Part shown: positions 48,549 to 59,100 of the stretch, one piece after another
Layout of the letters: each line of letters opens with the position of its first letter
Numbering within the stretch: the first letter of the stretch is position 1
From: Azolla caroliniana
Lineage: Eukaryota; Plantae; Polypodiophyta
Assembly (NCBI GenBank): GCA_043228905.1
Contig: JBHGNT010000016.1
Span: 14,322,001 to 14,386,000, forward strand
Direction: 5' to 3'
Length of the DNA: 64,000 nt
The notes under the pieces: model-generated
The model's database searches: none
What the model was told of the DNA's origin: nothing
The model's input: only the letters and a program-made list of their open reading frames with translations
Translations under genes and position numbers: made by a program

Positions 48549-48566
48549 TGGTGAACCCGACGTGAA
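48549..48566 (+). promoter_or_regulatory. Primer-binding site complementary to tRNA-Trp
   Basis: TGGTGAACCCGACGTGAA is the reverse complement of ...TTCACGTCGGGTTCACCA, the 3' end of plant cytosolic tRNA-Trp(CCA) as I recall it; lies 4 nt after the LTR. Confidence 0.85.
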
Positions 48567-48582
48567 GACGGGTGGCAAGGAG

Positions 48583-49623
48583 ATGGAGGCTCAACAAGCT
48601 AACAATATGATGGCGATGTTCGAACGGATGCTTCAAGAACAACGCACGATGTCGGAGATTTCGGCATCAGTAGAGCGGCTCGTGCAACGCAACGGGCAAT
48701 TTAATGGTAAGGATGTGTCGCGATATTTGCAGGACTACAAGGCGGAGATGCTCCGGTGCTGGGCTTCGGAAGGACTGCAAGTGACATCCTTTAACCGGGT
48801 GGCGACCGACGGGCTTCAAGGGAGTATCCACGGGTTGCAACAACAAAATCCGACGTGGGAAGCATTCGAAGAGGCGTTAAAGACCACGTTTGCCATCGAG
48901 GACTCCTCCAAGGCAACGCGGAGGGGATTCGAGGATTGGGTGGAAACGTCAGGTAAGGGGCTGAAGGTCCTCGAAGTGTTTTCGACATTCGAAAGTCGGT
49001 TCGGGAGATTGTCCGCGAGAGATCAAACTATTCTTGCACCGGACAAAGTCATCATGTTTTTGCGAGCTGTGGACGTCCGGGACAGGAAAGATCTCGGAGT
49101 GCTTCTTAAGGACACGACCACCGAAAGCGGCCTCACCGAAACATGGGAAAGCGTGCGGGATATCGTCGTGCGGTACACGAAGAGGGGGCAATGGCTTGCC
49201 AACGAAGAAAAGAGGGTTTCGGAACCGATTCCGAGACCGAGAACGGGACTGGAAGACCATCAACCGAGGGCTCGGGAGATTACAGCCGAGAAGGGAGTCG
49301 ACGCGTCTACGGTGGAGCAGCTGCTGAAGGAGATGGAGAATCTAAAGATCGCGATGGTGAAGAAGTCGGATGACCGCCCCACAAGCTCCAAATATACGGA
49401 TCGACGGTGCATATGGTGCGATAGCGCCGAACACGATCGGAGAGATTGCGACGACCATAAGGAGGCGCTACGACGAGATCTCATCTACTACGAGGGAAAC
49501 CGGATTCATTCGATGGACTCTCGGAAACCACTCCGACCGAACTTCCGGAAAGGCGGCATGAAGAAGGTGCTCGAGGAGGAGTTAGCGGCAAGAAGCAACT
49601 ATGCGACAACCGCGGGAATATGT
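48583..49623 (+). CDS. gag: Gag, N-terminal part (disrupted by the Copia insertion)
   Basis: ORF 48496..49629, first ATG after the PBS at 48583; knuckle CIWCDSAEHDRRDC. Confidence 0.88.
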
Positions 49624-49886
49624 TGTTGAACACCGCGCTCGGCCACAACCGAGAAATAGGATCAAGTCACAGAAAACAGGAAATACGAAATGCTCCAATG
49701 CAATAGAGAGAAGAGTACACAGTATGTTTTACGTGGAAAACCCTAAATGGGAAAAACCACGGGAGTCCTCAAACTCCAACTCACACTATACACAGGGATG
49801 TACAATGGTGAAGCTTCAAGGCAACAACCTTGAGCTCACTGTCTTCGCCACAGGCGGCGGTAATACACAGAGGCAACGACCTCTTC

Positions 49887-49917
<31 letters not shown>

Positions 49918-50293
49918 CTGCTCTCTTCACTCTCTCTAAGTGGAAAAACAGAAAAATGAGTAGCAACATAAAACTGTTTGCCCTAAGTCATATTTATACA
50001 CATATGACTTTCGGGCTATTTACAAATATAGCCTCAAGGGCTCTTGGCAAACATATTCACAAATATGTCCCCGCATCCGGATCTCTCTCCGGGTACACTC
50101 ATCATCCGGCTCCGTAGCCGGGGTCTTCATCATCCGGCTCCGTAACCGGGTCTTCGTCATCCGGCTCCGTAGCCGGGTACTCTTCATCCGGCTTCATGCC
50201 GGGTACTCTTCATCCTCCGGTTCCGTAACCGCAACCGGGCTTGCCGTCATTCATCTCCGGACATCCCATCCGGAGGGACCGTAAATCCCAACA
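49624..50293 (-). repeat. 3' LTR (670 bp)
   Basis: Repeat of 54408-55103. Confidence 0.96.
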
Positions 50294-50303
50294 AACTCCC
50301 CCT

Positions 50304-53300
50304 TCACTTCGGCATGGGATGTCTCTCCAATCCGATCCTCTTCCGGCATGCTTCTAGCTTGTCGGGTGTGAGCACTTTGGTCAGCATATCTGACCCGTTC
50401 TCGTCCGTGTGGATCTTCGTCAACACGAACTCCTGGTCTTCTATCCTTTCCCGGATCCAGTGATATCTTCGCTGGATGTGCTTCGTCCGGGAGTGATAGG
50501 CCGCGTTCTTCGCAAGGTGGATGGCACTCTGACTGTCGCAGTAGAGTCGGTACTCCTCCTGCCGGATACCGAGCTCTCTAATGAAGTCCTTCATCCATAT
50601 TATTTCCTTGCCGGCTTCAACAGCCGCCATGTACTCCGCCTCCGTGGTTGACAGTGCAACCGTCTTCTGCAGCCTCGACTGCCATGAAACAGCTCCCCCT
50701 GCATACGTCATCACATACCCTGATGTGGACCGGCTGGTATCTGCATCAGCCGACATATCCGAATCGGTAAATCCATCGAGTTCGGGTTTACCGGAGCCGA
50801 ATCGGAGGCACATGTTTGCCGTGCCCTTCAGGTATCGGAGTATCCATTTGACCGCGTTCCAATGCTCCTTACCGGGATTGCTCATGTACCGGCTCACCAC
50901 TCCGACTGCGTATCCAATGTCCGGTCTTGTACACACCATTGCGTACATCAAGCTTCCGACGGCAGAGGCATATGGTACTTTCATCATATCCTCCTTTTCA
51001 GCCTTTGTCTTGGGACTTTGCTTGCTGGACAGCTTGCAGTTTGCCGGGAGGGTCGATCCGACCGGTCTTGCTTCCGACATGTTGAACCGTTGAAGCACCT
51101 TTTTCACGTACTTCTCCTGTGACAGCCACAACTGCTTCTTCTTCCGGTCCCGGATGATGTGCATCCCTAATATTTGTCTCGCCGGACCTAGGTCCTTCAT
51201 TGAGAAGGTTCGGTGAAGAGCCTTCTTCAGCATCCGTATCTTGCCCTGGTCCCGTCCGACGATCAACATGTCGTCCACGTAGAGGAGGAGTATTAGAAAG
51301 TCTCCTCCTTCGAACTTCTTCACAAACACGCAGTGATCGGTCTGCGTTTTGTGGTACCCTTCGTCTGTCATGAAGGAGTCGAACTTCCGGTACCATTGCC
51401 GGGGAGCCTGCTTCAGACCGTAGAGGCTCTTCTTCAACCGGCATACCAGGTGCTCCTTTCCTTTCTTCTCGAATCCTTCCGGTTGCTGCATGTAGATCTC
51501 TTCTTCGAGGTCACCGTGAAGGAATGCCGTCTTCACGTCCATCTGTTCTACCTCGAGGTCCATGCTTGCCGCTATGCTCAGCACCGTCCGGATGGAGGTC
51601 ATCTTCACTACCGGGGCAAATATCTCGTCGAAGTCGACGCCCTTCTTCTGCTGGAACCCCTTCACCACGATCCTGGCTTTGTATCTTGGGGGGTTTCCGG
51701 CATCTCCCGGTTTCAGCTTGAACACCCACTTGTTACGGAGTGCCCGTTTTCCTTTCGGCAACTCCACAAGTTCATATGTGTGGTTCTCATGCAGGGAATC
51801 CATCTCCTCCTGCATGGCACTTAACCACCTGCGGCTATGGGTGTCATGCTTTGCTTCTTCAAAGCTCTCCGGCTCCCCCTCGTCGGTTAGCAGCACGTGC
51901 TCTGGTTCCGGAAATCTCCGGGGGGCCCTTCTCTCTCTTAGAGGATATCTCCGTTCCGGAGCTTCGGTAACCGGTTCTTCCGATTCTTCTTCATCCGAAT
52001 CCATTTCGGGATCGGGGCCGGTTCCGGTATCATATTCATCTTCTTCGGCCGGTTCTGTTTCTTCACCGTCTTCGGCCGGATCCTCGAGTGCTAACCGGTC
52101 CCTTGCCGGTCGGGACTGCTCCTCGTAGAGTTGATTCTCACCGGTCGACTTGGAGCTCTTCATCTTCTTCTCCGACTCCCAGTCGGCGAGTGTCTTGTCC
52201 TCCATGAAGATGATATCACGACTCCTGAATATCTTCTTGTCGACCGGGTCCCATACTCGGTAGCCGAACTCGTCGTTGCCGTAACCGAGGAATATGCATG
52301 GCCGGGTCTTTGGATCTAGCTTTCCTCTCCGGTCCTTTGCCACATGCACATATGCGAGACACCCGAACACCTTCAGATGCCGGTAGGATACTTCCCTACC
52401 GGTCCACACTCTCTGTGGCGTGTCTCCATCCAAAGGTACTGAGGGTGATCTGTTTATCACGTATGTCGCCGTCGACATTGCCTCAGCCCAAAACCCCTTG
52501 GGTAATTTCGCATGCGCCAGCATACTCCGGACCCTCTCCATTATGGTCCGGTTCATCCTCTCGGCCAGCCCGTTCAGTTCCGGCGTCTTCGGCACAGTAA
52601 ACTCGAGCCGGATTCCCTTCGAGCGACAGTACTCCTCGAACTGCCCCCGGTATTCCCCTCCGTTATCCGCTCGTACCGCTTTCAGCTTCTTGCCGGATTC
52701 TCTTTCCACTCTCGCGTGGAGTTCTTTGAAGACGGACAATACTTGGTCCTTTGTCTTCAACGGTGCCGTCCACAGCTTCCGGCTGTGGTCATCAATGAAT
52801 GTCACGAAGTACTGGGCTCCGCCATGTGACTTCGTTTCCACTTGACACACGTCAGTGTGCACCAACTCCAATGGTGCGCTACGTCTCGTCGGTGGCCTTG
52901 AGTGGAAGGAGGCCCGGTTTTGCTTACCGGCCAGGCAATCGGTGCACTTCTCCAGGTGCACATGCTTCACTGGAATGAGGTTGTCATCTGCAAGCCTCTT
53001 CATCCCCTTCTCGCTCATGTGGCACAGTCTCTTGTGCCATAGCTCACCGGCAGTGTCAGCTGCCACGTTCAGCTCCTCCGGACATAGCCGGGAATTCATC
53101 AGGTACAGTGTGTTGACTTTCCGGGCCCGAGCCACTATCAGACTCCCCTTGCTGAACTTCATGACACCGTTCCGGATGCTACCCGTGTAGCCTTCATCGT
53201 CTAGCCTCCCAGCCGAAATCAGGTTCAATCGAACCTCCGGAACGTGTCGAACATCCTTCAGCAGCATCTTGCATCCGGTTGATGTCATCAGCCACACGTC

Positions 53301-54377
53301 TCCTATGCCGGCAATCCGGCACGTACCTTCCTTTCCCATCCGGACACAGCCATGCTCACCGGCTATGTAGGATGAGAAGTATTTCTTCTCCGGGGTCAGG
53401 TGGAACGACGCTCCGGAATCGACCACCCAGGTCATCTCTTCTCCGGCAAGGTTCAGCTCCCTCTCTTCGGTAATGAGCATTATCTCTTCTTCACTTGCCG
53501 CGAGTGCTGTCGTTCCTTTCCGGTCCTGCCCTCGCCGATCCGGACCTCTCCGGTCCGTGGCTCCCCGGTATGCACCGTTTCGCTCCGGTGACTTCTTCGA
53601 ATCGGTGTCGTCGGCTCCGTTGTCCTTTCGGTAATGCCGACAATTCTTCCGGAAGTGCCCCGGCTTCCCACAGTGGAAGCATGTAGGCCTTCCTCTTGAC
53701 TGCGACCGGGTCCCCGACTTCTCCCGTCTTTGCGGACTCCGGTTCCATTGTCTTCCCCGATCCGATTCGGTAAGCAGCGCCTTCGTGTCGGAAGCCGGTT
53801 CTTTATCTCTCCGACGCGCTTCTTCGTTCAAAATACTTGTCTTTACCGTTTGTAAGGACAAGTTATCTTCGGTGCACGAGGTGCTGAGAGTCACCACCAA
53901 GTTCTCCCAGCTTTCCGGCAATGTACACATTAGGATGATGGCTTGCATTGCATCCTCCAACGGGAACTTAATCGCCGCAAGCTGGTTCACGAATCCCATG
54001 AACGTGCTTACGTGTTCCACCATACTCTCGCCATCCCGGTACTTGAGATTCACTATCTTCCTCATCAGGGAGGTCCGGTTCAACGCATTCTTCCTCTCGT
54101 AGAGGCCCGACAGCTTCTTCCACATCTCGTATGCGTTGGTGTCGTTCGCCACGTGTTGTAGGACGCTTACATCGACATATTGTCGGATCGTTGCTACGGC
54201 TTTCCGGTTCAGGAGCTTCCACTCCGACTCAAGTACCCCTTTCGGTATTTCCGACCTGTCAATCGGTTCGTACAGGTCCCGAACAATCAGAAGATCCTCC
54301 ATCTTGATCTTCCAGTCGGCGTAGTTCTGCGCATTCAGCACCATCATTCCCGGCTGCCCGCTGCTGCCGCCTTCCAT
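50304..54377 (-). CDS. gag-pol: Intact Copia Gag-Pol polyprotein, 1357 aa from the first ATG after the PBS
   Basis: CCHC, VVDSGAS, integrase HTDV/ADNG/LAERMN, RT QMDVKTAFL and YVDD, RNase H TDSD/TEAEY/HSRTKHI; no stops. Confidence 0.96.
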   Translation of the reverse strand: MEGGSSGQPGMMVLNAQNYADWKIKMEDLLIVRDLYEPIDRSEIPKGVLESEWKLLNRKAVATIRQYVDVSVLQHVANDTNAYEMWKKLSGLYERKNALNRTSLMRKIVNLKYRDGESMVEHVSTFMGFVNQLAAIKFPLEDAMQAIILMCTLPESWENLVVTLSTSCTEDNLSLQTVKTSILNEEARRRDKEPASDTKALLTESDRGRQWNRSPQRREKSGTRSQSRGRPTCFHCGKPGHFRKNCRHYRKDNGADDTDSKKSPERNGAYRGATDRRGPDRRGQDRKGTTALAASEEEIMLITEERELNLAGEEMTWVVDSGASFHLTPEKKYFSSYIAGEHGCVRMGKEGTCRIAGIGDVWLMTSTGCKMLLKDVRHVPEVRLNLISAGRLDDEGYTGSIRNGVMKFSKGSLIVARARKVNTLYLMNSRLCPEELNVAADTAGELWHKRLCHMSEKGMKRLADDNLIPVKHVHLEKCTDCLAGKQNRASFHSRPPTRRSAPLELVHTDVCQVETKSHGGAQYFVTFIDDHSRKLWTAPLKTKDQVLSVFKELHARVERESGKKLKAVRADNGGEYRGQFEEYCRSKGIRLEFTVPKTPELNGLAERMNRTIMERVRSMLAHAKLPKGFWAEAMSTATYVINRSPSVPLDGDTPQRVWTGREVSYRHLKVFGCLAYVHVAKDRRGKLDPKTRPCIFLGYGNDEFGYRVWDPVDKKIFRSRDIIFMEDKTLADWESEKKMKSSKSTGENQLYEEQSRPARDRLALEDPAEDGEETEPAEEDEYDTGTGPDPEMDSDEEESEEPVTEAPERRYPLRERRAPRRFPEPEHVLLTDEGEPESFEEAKHDTHSRRWLSAMQEEMDSLHENHTYELVELPKGKRALRNKWVFKLKPGDAGNPPRYKARIVVKGFQQKKGVDFDEIFAPVVKMTSIRTVLSIAASMDLEVEQMDVKTAFLHGDLEEEIYMQQPEGFEKKGKEHLVCRLKKSLYGLKQAPRQWYRKFDSFMTDEGYHKTQTDHCVFVKKFEGGDFLILLLYVDDMLIVGRDQGKIRMLKKALHRTFSMKDLGPARQILGMHIIRDRKKKQLWLSQEKYVKKVLQRFNMSEARPVGSTLPANCKLSSKQSPKTKAEKEDMMKVPYASAVGSLMYAMVCTRPDIGYAVGVVSRYMSNPGKEHWNAVKWILRYLKGTANMCLRFGSGKPELDGFTDSDMSADADTSRSTSGYVMTYAGGAVSWQSRLQKTVALSTTEAEYMAAVEAGKEIIWMKDFIRELGIRQEEYRLYCDSQSAIHLAKNAAYHSRTKHIQRRYHWIRERIEDQEFVLTKIHTDENGSDMLTKVLTPDKLEACRKRIGLERHPMPK

Positions 54378-54407
54378 TTTCTGTGTTACCGTGCTCTGAT
54401 ACCACTT

Positions 54408-54670
54408 TGTTGAACACCGCGCTCGGCCACAACCGAGAAATAGGATCAAGTCACAGAAAACAGGAAATACGAAATGCTCCAATGCAATAGAGAGAAGAGT
54501 ACACAGTATGTTTTACGTGGAAAACCCTAAATGGGAAAAACCACGGGAGTCCTCAAACTCCAACTCACACTATACACAGGGATGTACAATGGTGAAGCTT
54601 CAAGGCAACAACCTTGAGCTCATTGTCTTCGCCACAGGCGGCGGTAATACACAGAGGCAACGACCTCTTC

Positions 54671-54701
<31 letters not shown>

Positions 54702-55103
54702 CTGCTCTCTTCACTCTCTCTAAGTGGAAAAACAGAAAAATGAGTAGCAACATAAAACTGTTTGCCCTAAGTCATATTTATACACATATGACTTTCGGGC
54801 TATTTACAAATATAGCCTCAAGGGCTCTTGGCAAACATATTCACAAATATGTCCCCGCATCCGGATCTCTCTCCGGGTACACTCATCATCCGGCTCCGTA
54901 GCCGGGGTCTTCATCATCCGGCTCCGTAACCGGGTCTTCGTCATCCGGCTCCGTAGCCGGGTACTCTTCATCCGGCTTCATGCCGGGTACTCTTCATCCG
55001 GCTTCATGCCGGGTACTCTTCATCCTCCGGTTCCGTAACCGCAACCGGGCTTGCCGTCATTCATCTCCGGACATCCCATCCGGAGGGACCGTAAATCCCA
55101 ACA
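54408..55103 (-). repeat. 5' LTR (696 bp)
   Basis: Adjacent to the PBS. Confidence 0.96.
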
Positions 55104-55108
55104 TATGT

Positions 55109-56107
55109 GTCGGGGAGTCAACGGGAGCGAAGGCGTCTTTCTGGCCGGAGGTGCTATGAAACACCGAGAAAACCGACTCCAACGATATCCGAAACACCGC
55201 GGAAGGCGTCCGGGAAGCTATGGGATGGGAGTGCCCTGTCGACAAGAATAGCATATACGCCCTGTGTCAATTACATGAGGTGTATGTGGACAAGAAACGA
55301 CGGCGCACGGAGGATGCGGCCGGACCATCGAAGATACCGCAAAGCTGGAACTCCGGAGGTAAGGGAAAAGAAAAGGCGACTCCGGCATTCAAGCTCGCCT
55401 CGGACATAGAACAACAAACCGACTTGAAAAGAGTGTTCGAGGAAAGAATCTTGGATAGCCGGGTAGATTTTTCGCTGCGGGAACTACTCGGAATAGCGAA
55501 GAAGGAGTTTCACGATCTTCTCGTGGATCTCGTGAAAAGGAAGAGACAAAGTACAGAGGAAAATGCTCCAAGGGTGAATGCAAATACCGTTTCAATGAAC
55601 GACACCGAAGTGGAAGGCGAAATTCTGAACTCCCACTATACAAGGCCACACTGGGCACGTGCGACTACGGAGACTCCGGTCCGAATCGGCAACATCAAAG
55701 AACCCGTGCTAGCATTGATTGATCACGGATCGGAGATCAACTTGATGTCCAAGGAGTTCTACCGAAAGGGGAAGTGGCCTATAAACACCAACCATGGATG
55801 GAAGATTCGGGCAGCCACGAAAACGACAGAAGACCTATTTGCGGCTTGTCCGGATGTGACGGTAAAGATCGGGGATGTCGAAATTGACCAAAATTTCTTT
55901 GTGCAGGATGAGGTTTCACATTCTGTCATCCTCGGCCAACCCTTTATCACGGCTTCACGGATGGAGACGAAGGTGCTCGATAGTGGTGCGGCTTTTGTGC
56001 GAATTCGGAGCCAAAACGGAGGGAAATCCGTCCAATTCCTAACGGTGCTGGCAAATCACGAAAGGAACAAGAGGGAACTCTTGTCCCAAGTGAGAATGGA
56101 TTTTTAA
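55109..56107 (+). CDS. gag: Gag C-terminal part plus aspartic protease of the tRNA-Trp gypsy (one internal TGA at 55157)
   Basis: In frame with 48583 once the Copia and TSD are removed (GIC|VGEST...). ORF 55220..56107 has ALIDHGSEIN and VILGQPF. Confidence 0.85.
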
Positions 56108-56161
56108 AGCAGACTGTTGCGGAGTGGGGAAGTGATAGTCCGAGAAACCCTGATACCCCAC
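56098..56161 (+). promoter_or_regulatory. Predicted -1 programmed ribosomal frameshift signal
   Basis: G GAT TTT in phase before the TAA, a 7-nt spacer, stem 56112-56120/56132-56140, and loop GTGGGG pairing with CCCCAC at 56156-56161. The -1 frame is open into pol. Confidence 0.8.
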
Positions 56162-59100
56162 ACAGGAAGAAAACTCTCGGAGCAAAACAAGTACGAATCG
56201 GCCCGGATGGGGCATCTACGTACACGGCCGTAACCGGAGGAATGAAGAAACAATACCGAGAAGTGGAGGATAAGTTACGGTCGGCATCAATAATAAAAGA
56301 AGACGAAGAAATCGTGGGAGTGATCGAGGAAGTGTTCTATGGGAATACACTACAACGGCTTGAAGAGCTTGCGGAAGATAAAAGCCAAGGGAACCGGGTA
56401 GTCCCGGTGGAATCGGTCGAGATGTACGAGATCGTTGCGAAAATGGGGCCGGATGCGCTCCGCAAAGAAGAAGCAATGGTAAGTACGAAATACAAGACCG
56501 TGGAGAAGAAGGTGAAACCGGCCGCGGGACCACTACCCGCCGATAGCGAACAAAAGAAGAAAGAAGTCTCGGGAGATCCGACACTTCGGAAGTCCGTGGA
56601 TATCGGACATGCCTTCACAGATGAGACCCGGAAGAAACTTTGGATCGGTGGAGGTGGGTTCCTCTTACAAGAAGAAGAAAAACGGTTTCGAGAGATGTTG
56701 GAGCAACATGGCAAAGCATTCGCGTTCACATCGAGGGAGATCGGATGCATTGATCCAAAGATAGTGGAGCCGATGGTGATTTTCACGATTGATCATGTAC
56801 CGTGGAACCTGAAGCCGATTCCGGTGCCACGGGCGCATATTCCGAAAGTCATCGACTTGCTCAAGGAGAAGGTGGCGATGGGGATTCTAGAGCCATCAAG
56901 TGCTCCGTACTCAAATCGATGGTTTACGGTTCCGAAGAAGAATGGGTCACTCCGATTCATCCAAGACTTGCAACCGGTGAACAAGGTCACGATCCGGAAC
57001 TCGGGAGTCGGTCCGATAGTGGACGAATTCGCGGAAGCTTTTGCCGGACGTGCGATATACTCCATCGGGGACCTATACTCGGGGTATGACCAATTCCAAC
57101 TAGCCGTGGAGAGCCGAGACATCACTACCATGCGGACACCGATAGGACTAGTTCGAATGTGCACACTACCACAAGGAGCGACAAACTCGGTTGCACATAT
57201 GATGAACGCGATGAACAAGGTGCTTCGAGATTGCATCCCGGAGATAACGATGCCGTTTCTAGATGACATTCCGATGAAAGGATGCGCGGTGGAAGAAAAA
57301 GATGAGACTATGGATGATCGGGGATGCCGAAAGTTCGTGGTCGACCATATTCATGATTGCGAGAAAGTGTTGCGAAAGCTAGAAGATGTGCACCTAACAC
57401 TTTCCGGGGAGAAATCGGCATTCGGGCAAGAAGAAATATTGGTGGTCGGACATCTATGTGGACCCTACGGCCGAAGACCGTCACCAACAAAGATCGATGC
57501 GATTCAAGCTATGAAGGAAGTATGTGAGTCAACATCGGAAGTCCGAAGGTTTCTGGGTGCGTGTGCATTCTATCACATATGGATTCCGCACTATGCACAT
57601 ATAGCGGACCCGCTCTATCACTTGTTGCGGAAAGGTAAGAAATTCGAGTGGAAACCGGAACACACTAAAGCCATGAGGAAGCTCAAGAAGACACTATGGA
57701 GGGCGGAATCACTTAAGAAGCCAAGCTACGAGCGGCCAATCATAGTAACGGTTGATACAAGTCCAACCGGTATCGGGTGGGTCATCAATCAAGCCGACTC
57801 GGATGGTTCGCGGTATCCGATCCGATTTGGAGCAAAGGTCCTCAACGAAAGGCAACGCGGATATGCACAAGTCAAAAGAGAATTGTGGGGAGTCGTGTCG
57901 GCGATAAAATCGGATCGGGATTATTTGATCGGAGCTGAAGTGGTGATCGAGACGGATTGTCTTCCGATACTCGGGATGATGCGGTGTTGTACGATACCGG
58001 ATGTGGCTATGCTAAGGTGGATTGCATATGTCAAGTCACTTAATCCGGAGGTTCGACACATCTCGGGGAAGGACAACGCGGTAGCGGACATGTTATCGAG
58101 GGCGCGGTTTGAAGACAACATAACTGAATCAGATAATGAAGAAGTTTCCGAAGACTACTTCACGTCAGAACACATATGCCGAGTGAACGTGATCCGAGAA
58201 TTCCGGGAAGAAGAATACGAAGGGGAAACCTTGATGATCGGGAAGATGCTACAAGAGGTCGAGGATTCAACCAATGATAAAGAAAGGAGAGCCGAGATCC
58301 GAAGGAAGAAGAGGCAAGTCCAAAAGTTCTTCTTGGAAAACGGGTTAATATGGAGGACGCCGAAAAGACCGGATGGGATACCACTTCGAGTAGTCGGGAC
58401 GAAAGAGCAACGAAACCGGATAATGTCCGAGTTCCACGAATCCGATTGGGCTGGACATCGAGGAACATGGGCAACTTTTGTGAAAATCAAGCAAAGATAT
58501 TGGTGGAAGAACATGTATAAAGATGTCGCGGAGTTCACAAAAAGCTGCGAGAAATGTCAAGTCTACTCCGGGGTCCGACACCGAGATGAGCTGCATCCGA
58601 CATTCTCACCGACAATCAACTTCAAGTGGATGGTCGACATTGTAGCTATGCTGACCGGGATTGGACAAAAGAAATACTTGGTGTTAGCTCGAGAAGATCT
58701 CACAAACCAAGTTGAAGGTCGAGCGCTTCGGAGGAAAACGTGTGCCGCGGTGTGCCAATTTCTTTTGGAAGAAGTGTTTTGTAGGTACGGCTGCGTAGGA
58801 CAAGTGATTGCGGACCGGGGAGAACTCGACTCGGACAAAGCTAGCGGATTCTTCGCCAAACATGGAGTTCGGTTAACGTTGACAACGGCCTACAATCCGG
58901 AGGCCAACGGGAAGATCGAACGAGGACATAGTCCGATCGTGAAAGCACTTGCGAAGGCATGCGACGGAAGGGTGAAGGATTGGCCACAAATGCTTCCGTA
59001 TGCACTATGGGCGGATCGGACGACGCATAGCTCCATGACCGGTTACATGCCGGCAGAACTCATGACCGGACAAGCACCGGTAATGCCAACGGAAACCGCA

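Larger units (their letters stand above)
49624..55103 (-). mobile_element. Very young intact Ty1/copia, Tork/Tnt1-like
   Basis: LTRs 49624-50293 and 54408-55103 (1 SNP plus one extra 26-bp unit), perfect TSD TATGT, iMet PBS at 54393-54404, PPT at 50294-50304. Confidence 0.97.

Noticed and set aside
54378-54482. Hydrophobic N-terminal extension of the 1392-aa ORF (signal-peptide-like)
   Set aside because: It starts at a non-ATG codon inside the LTR, crosses the PBS and is not conserved in the 921-6311 copy; the likely start is 54377.
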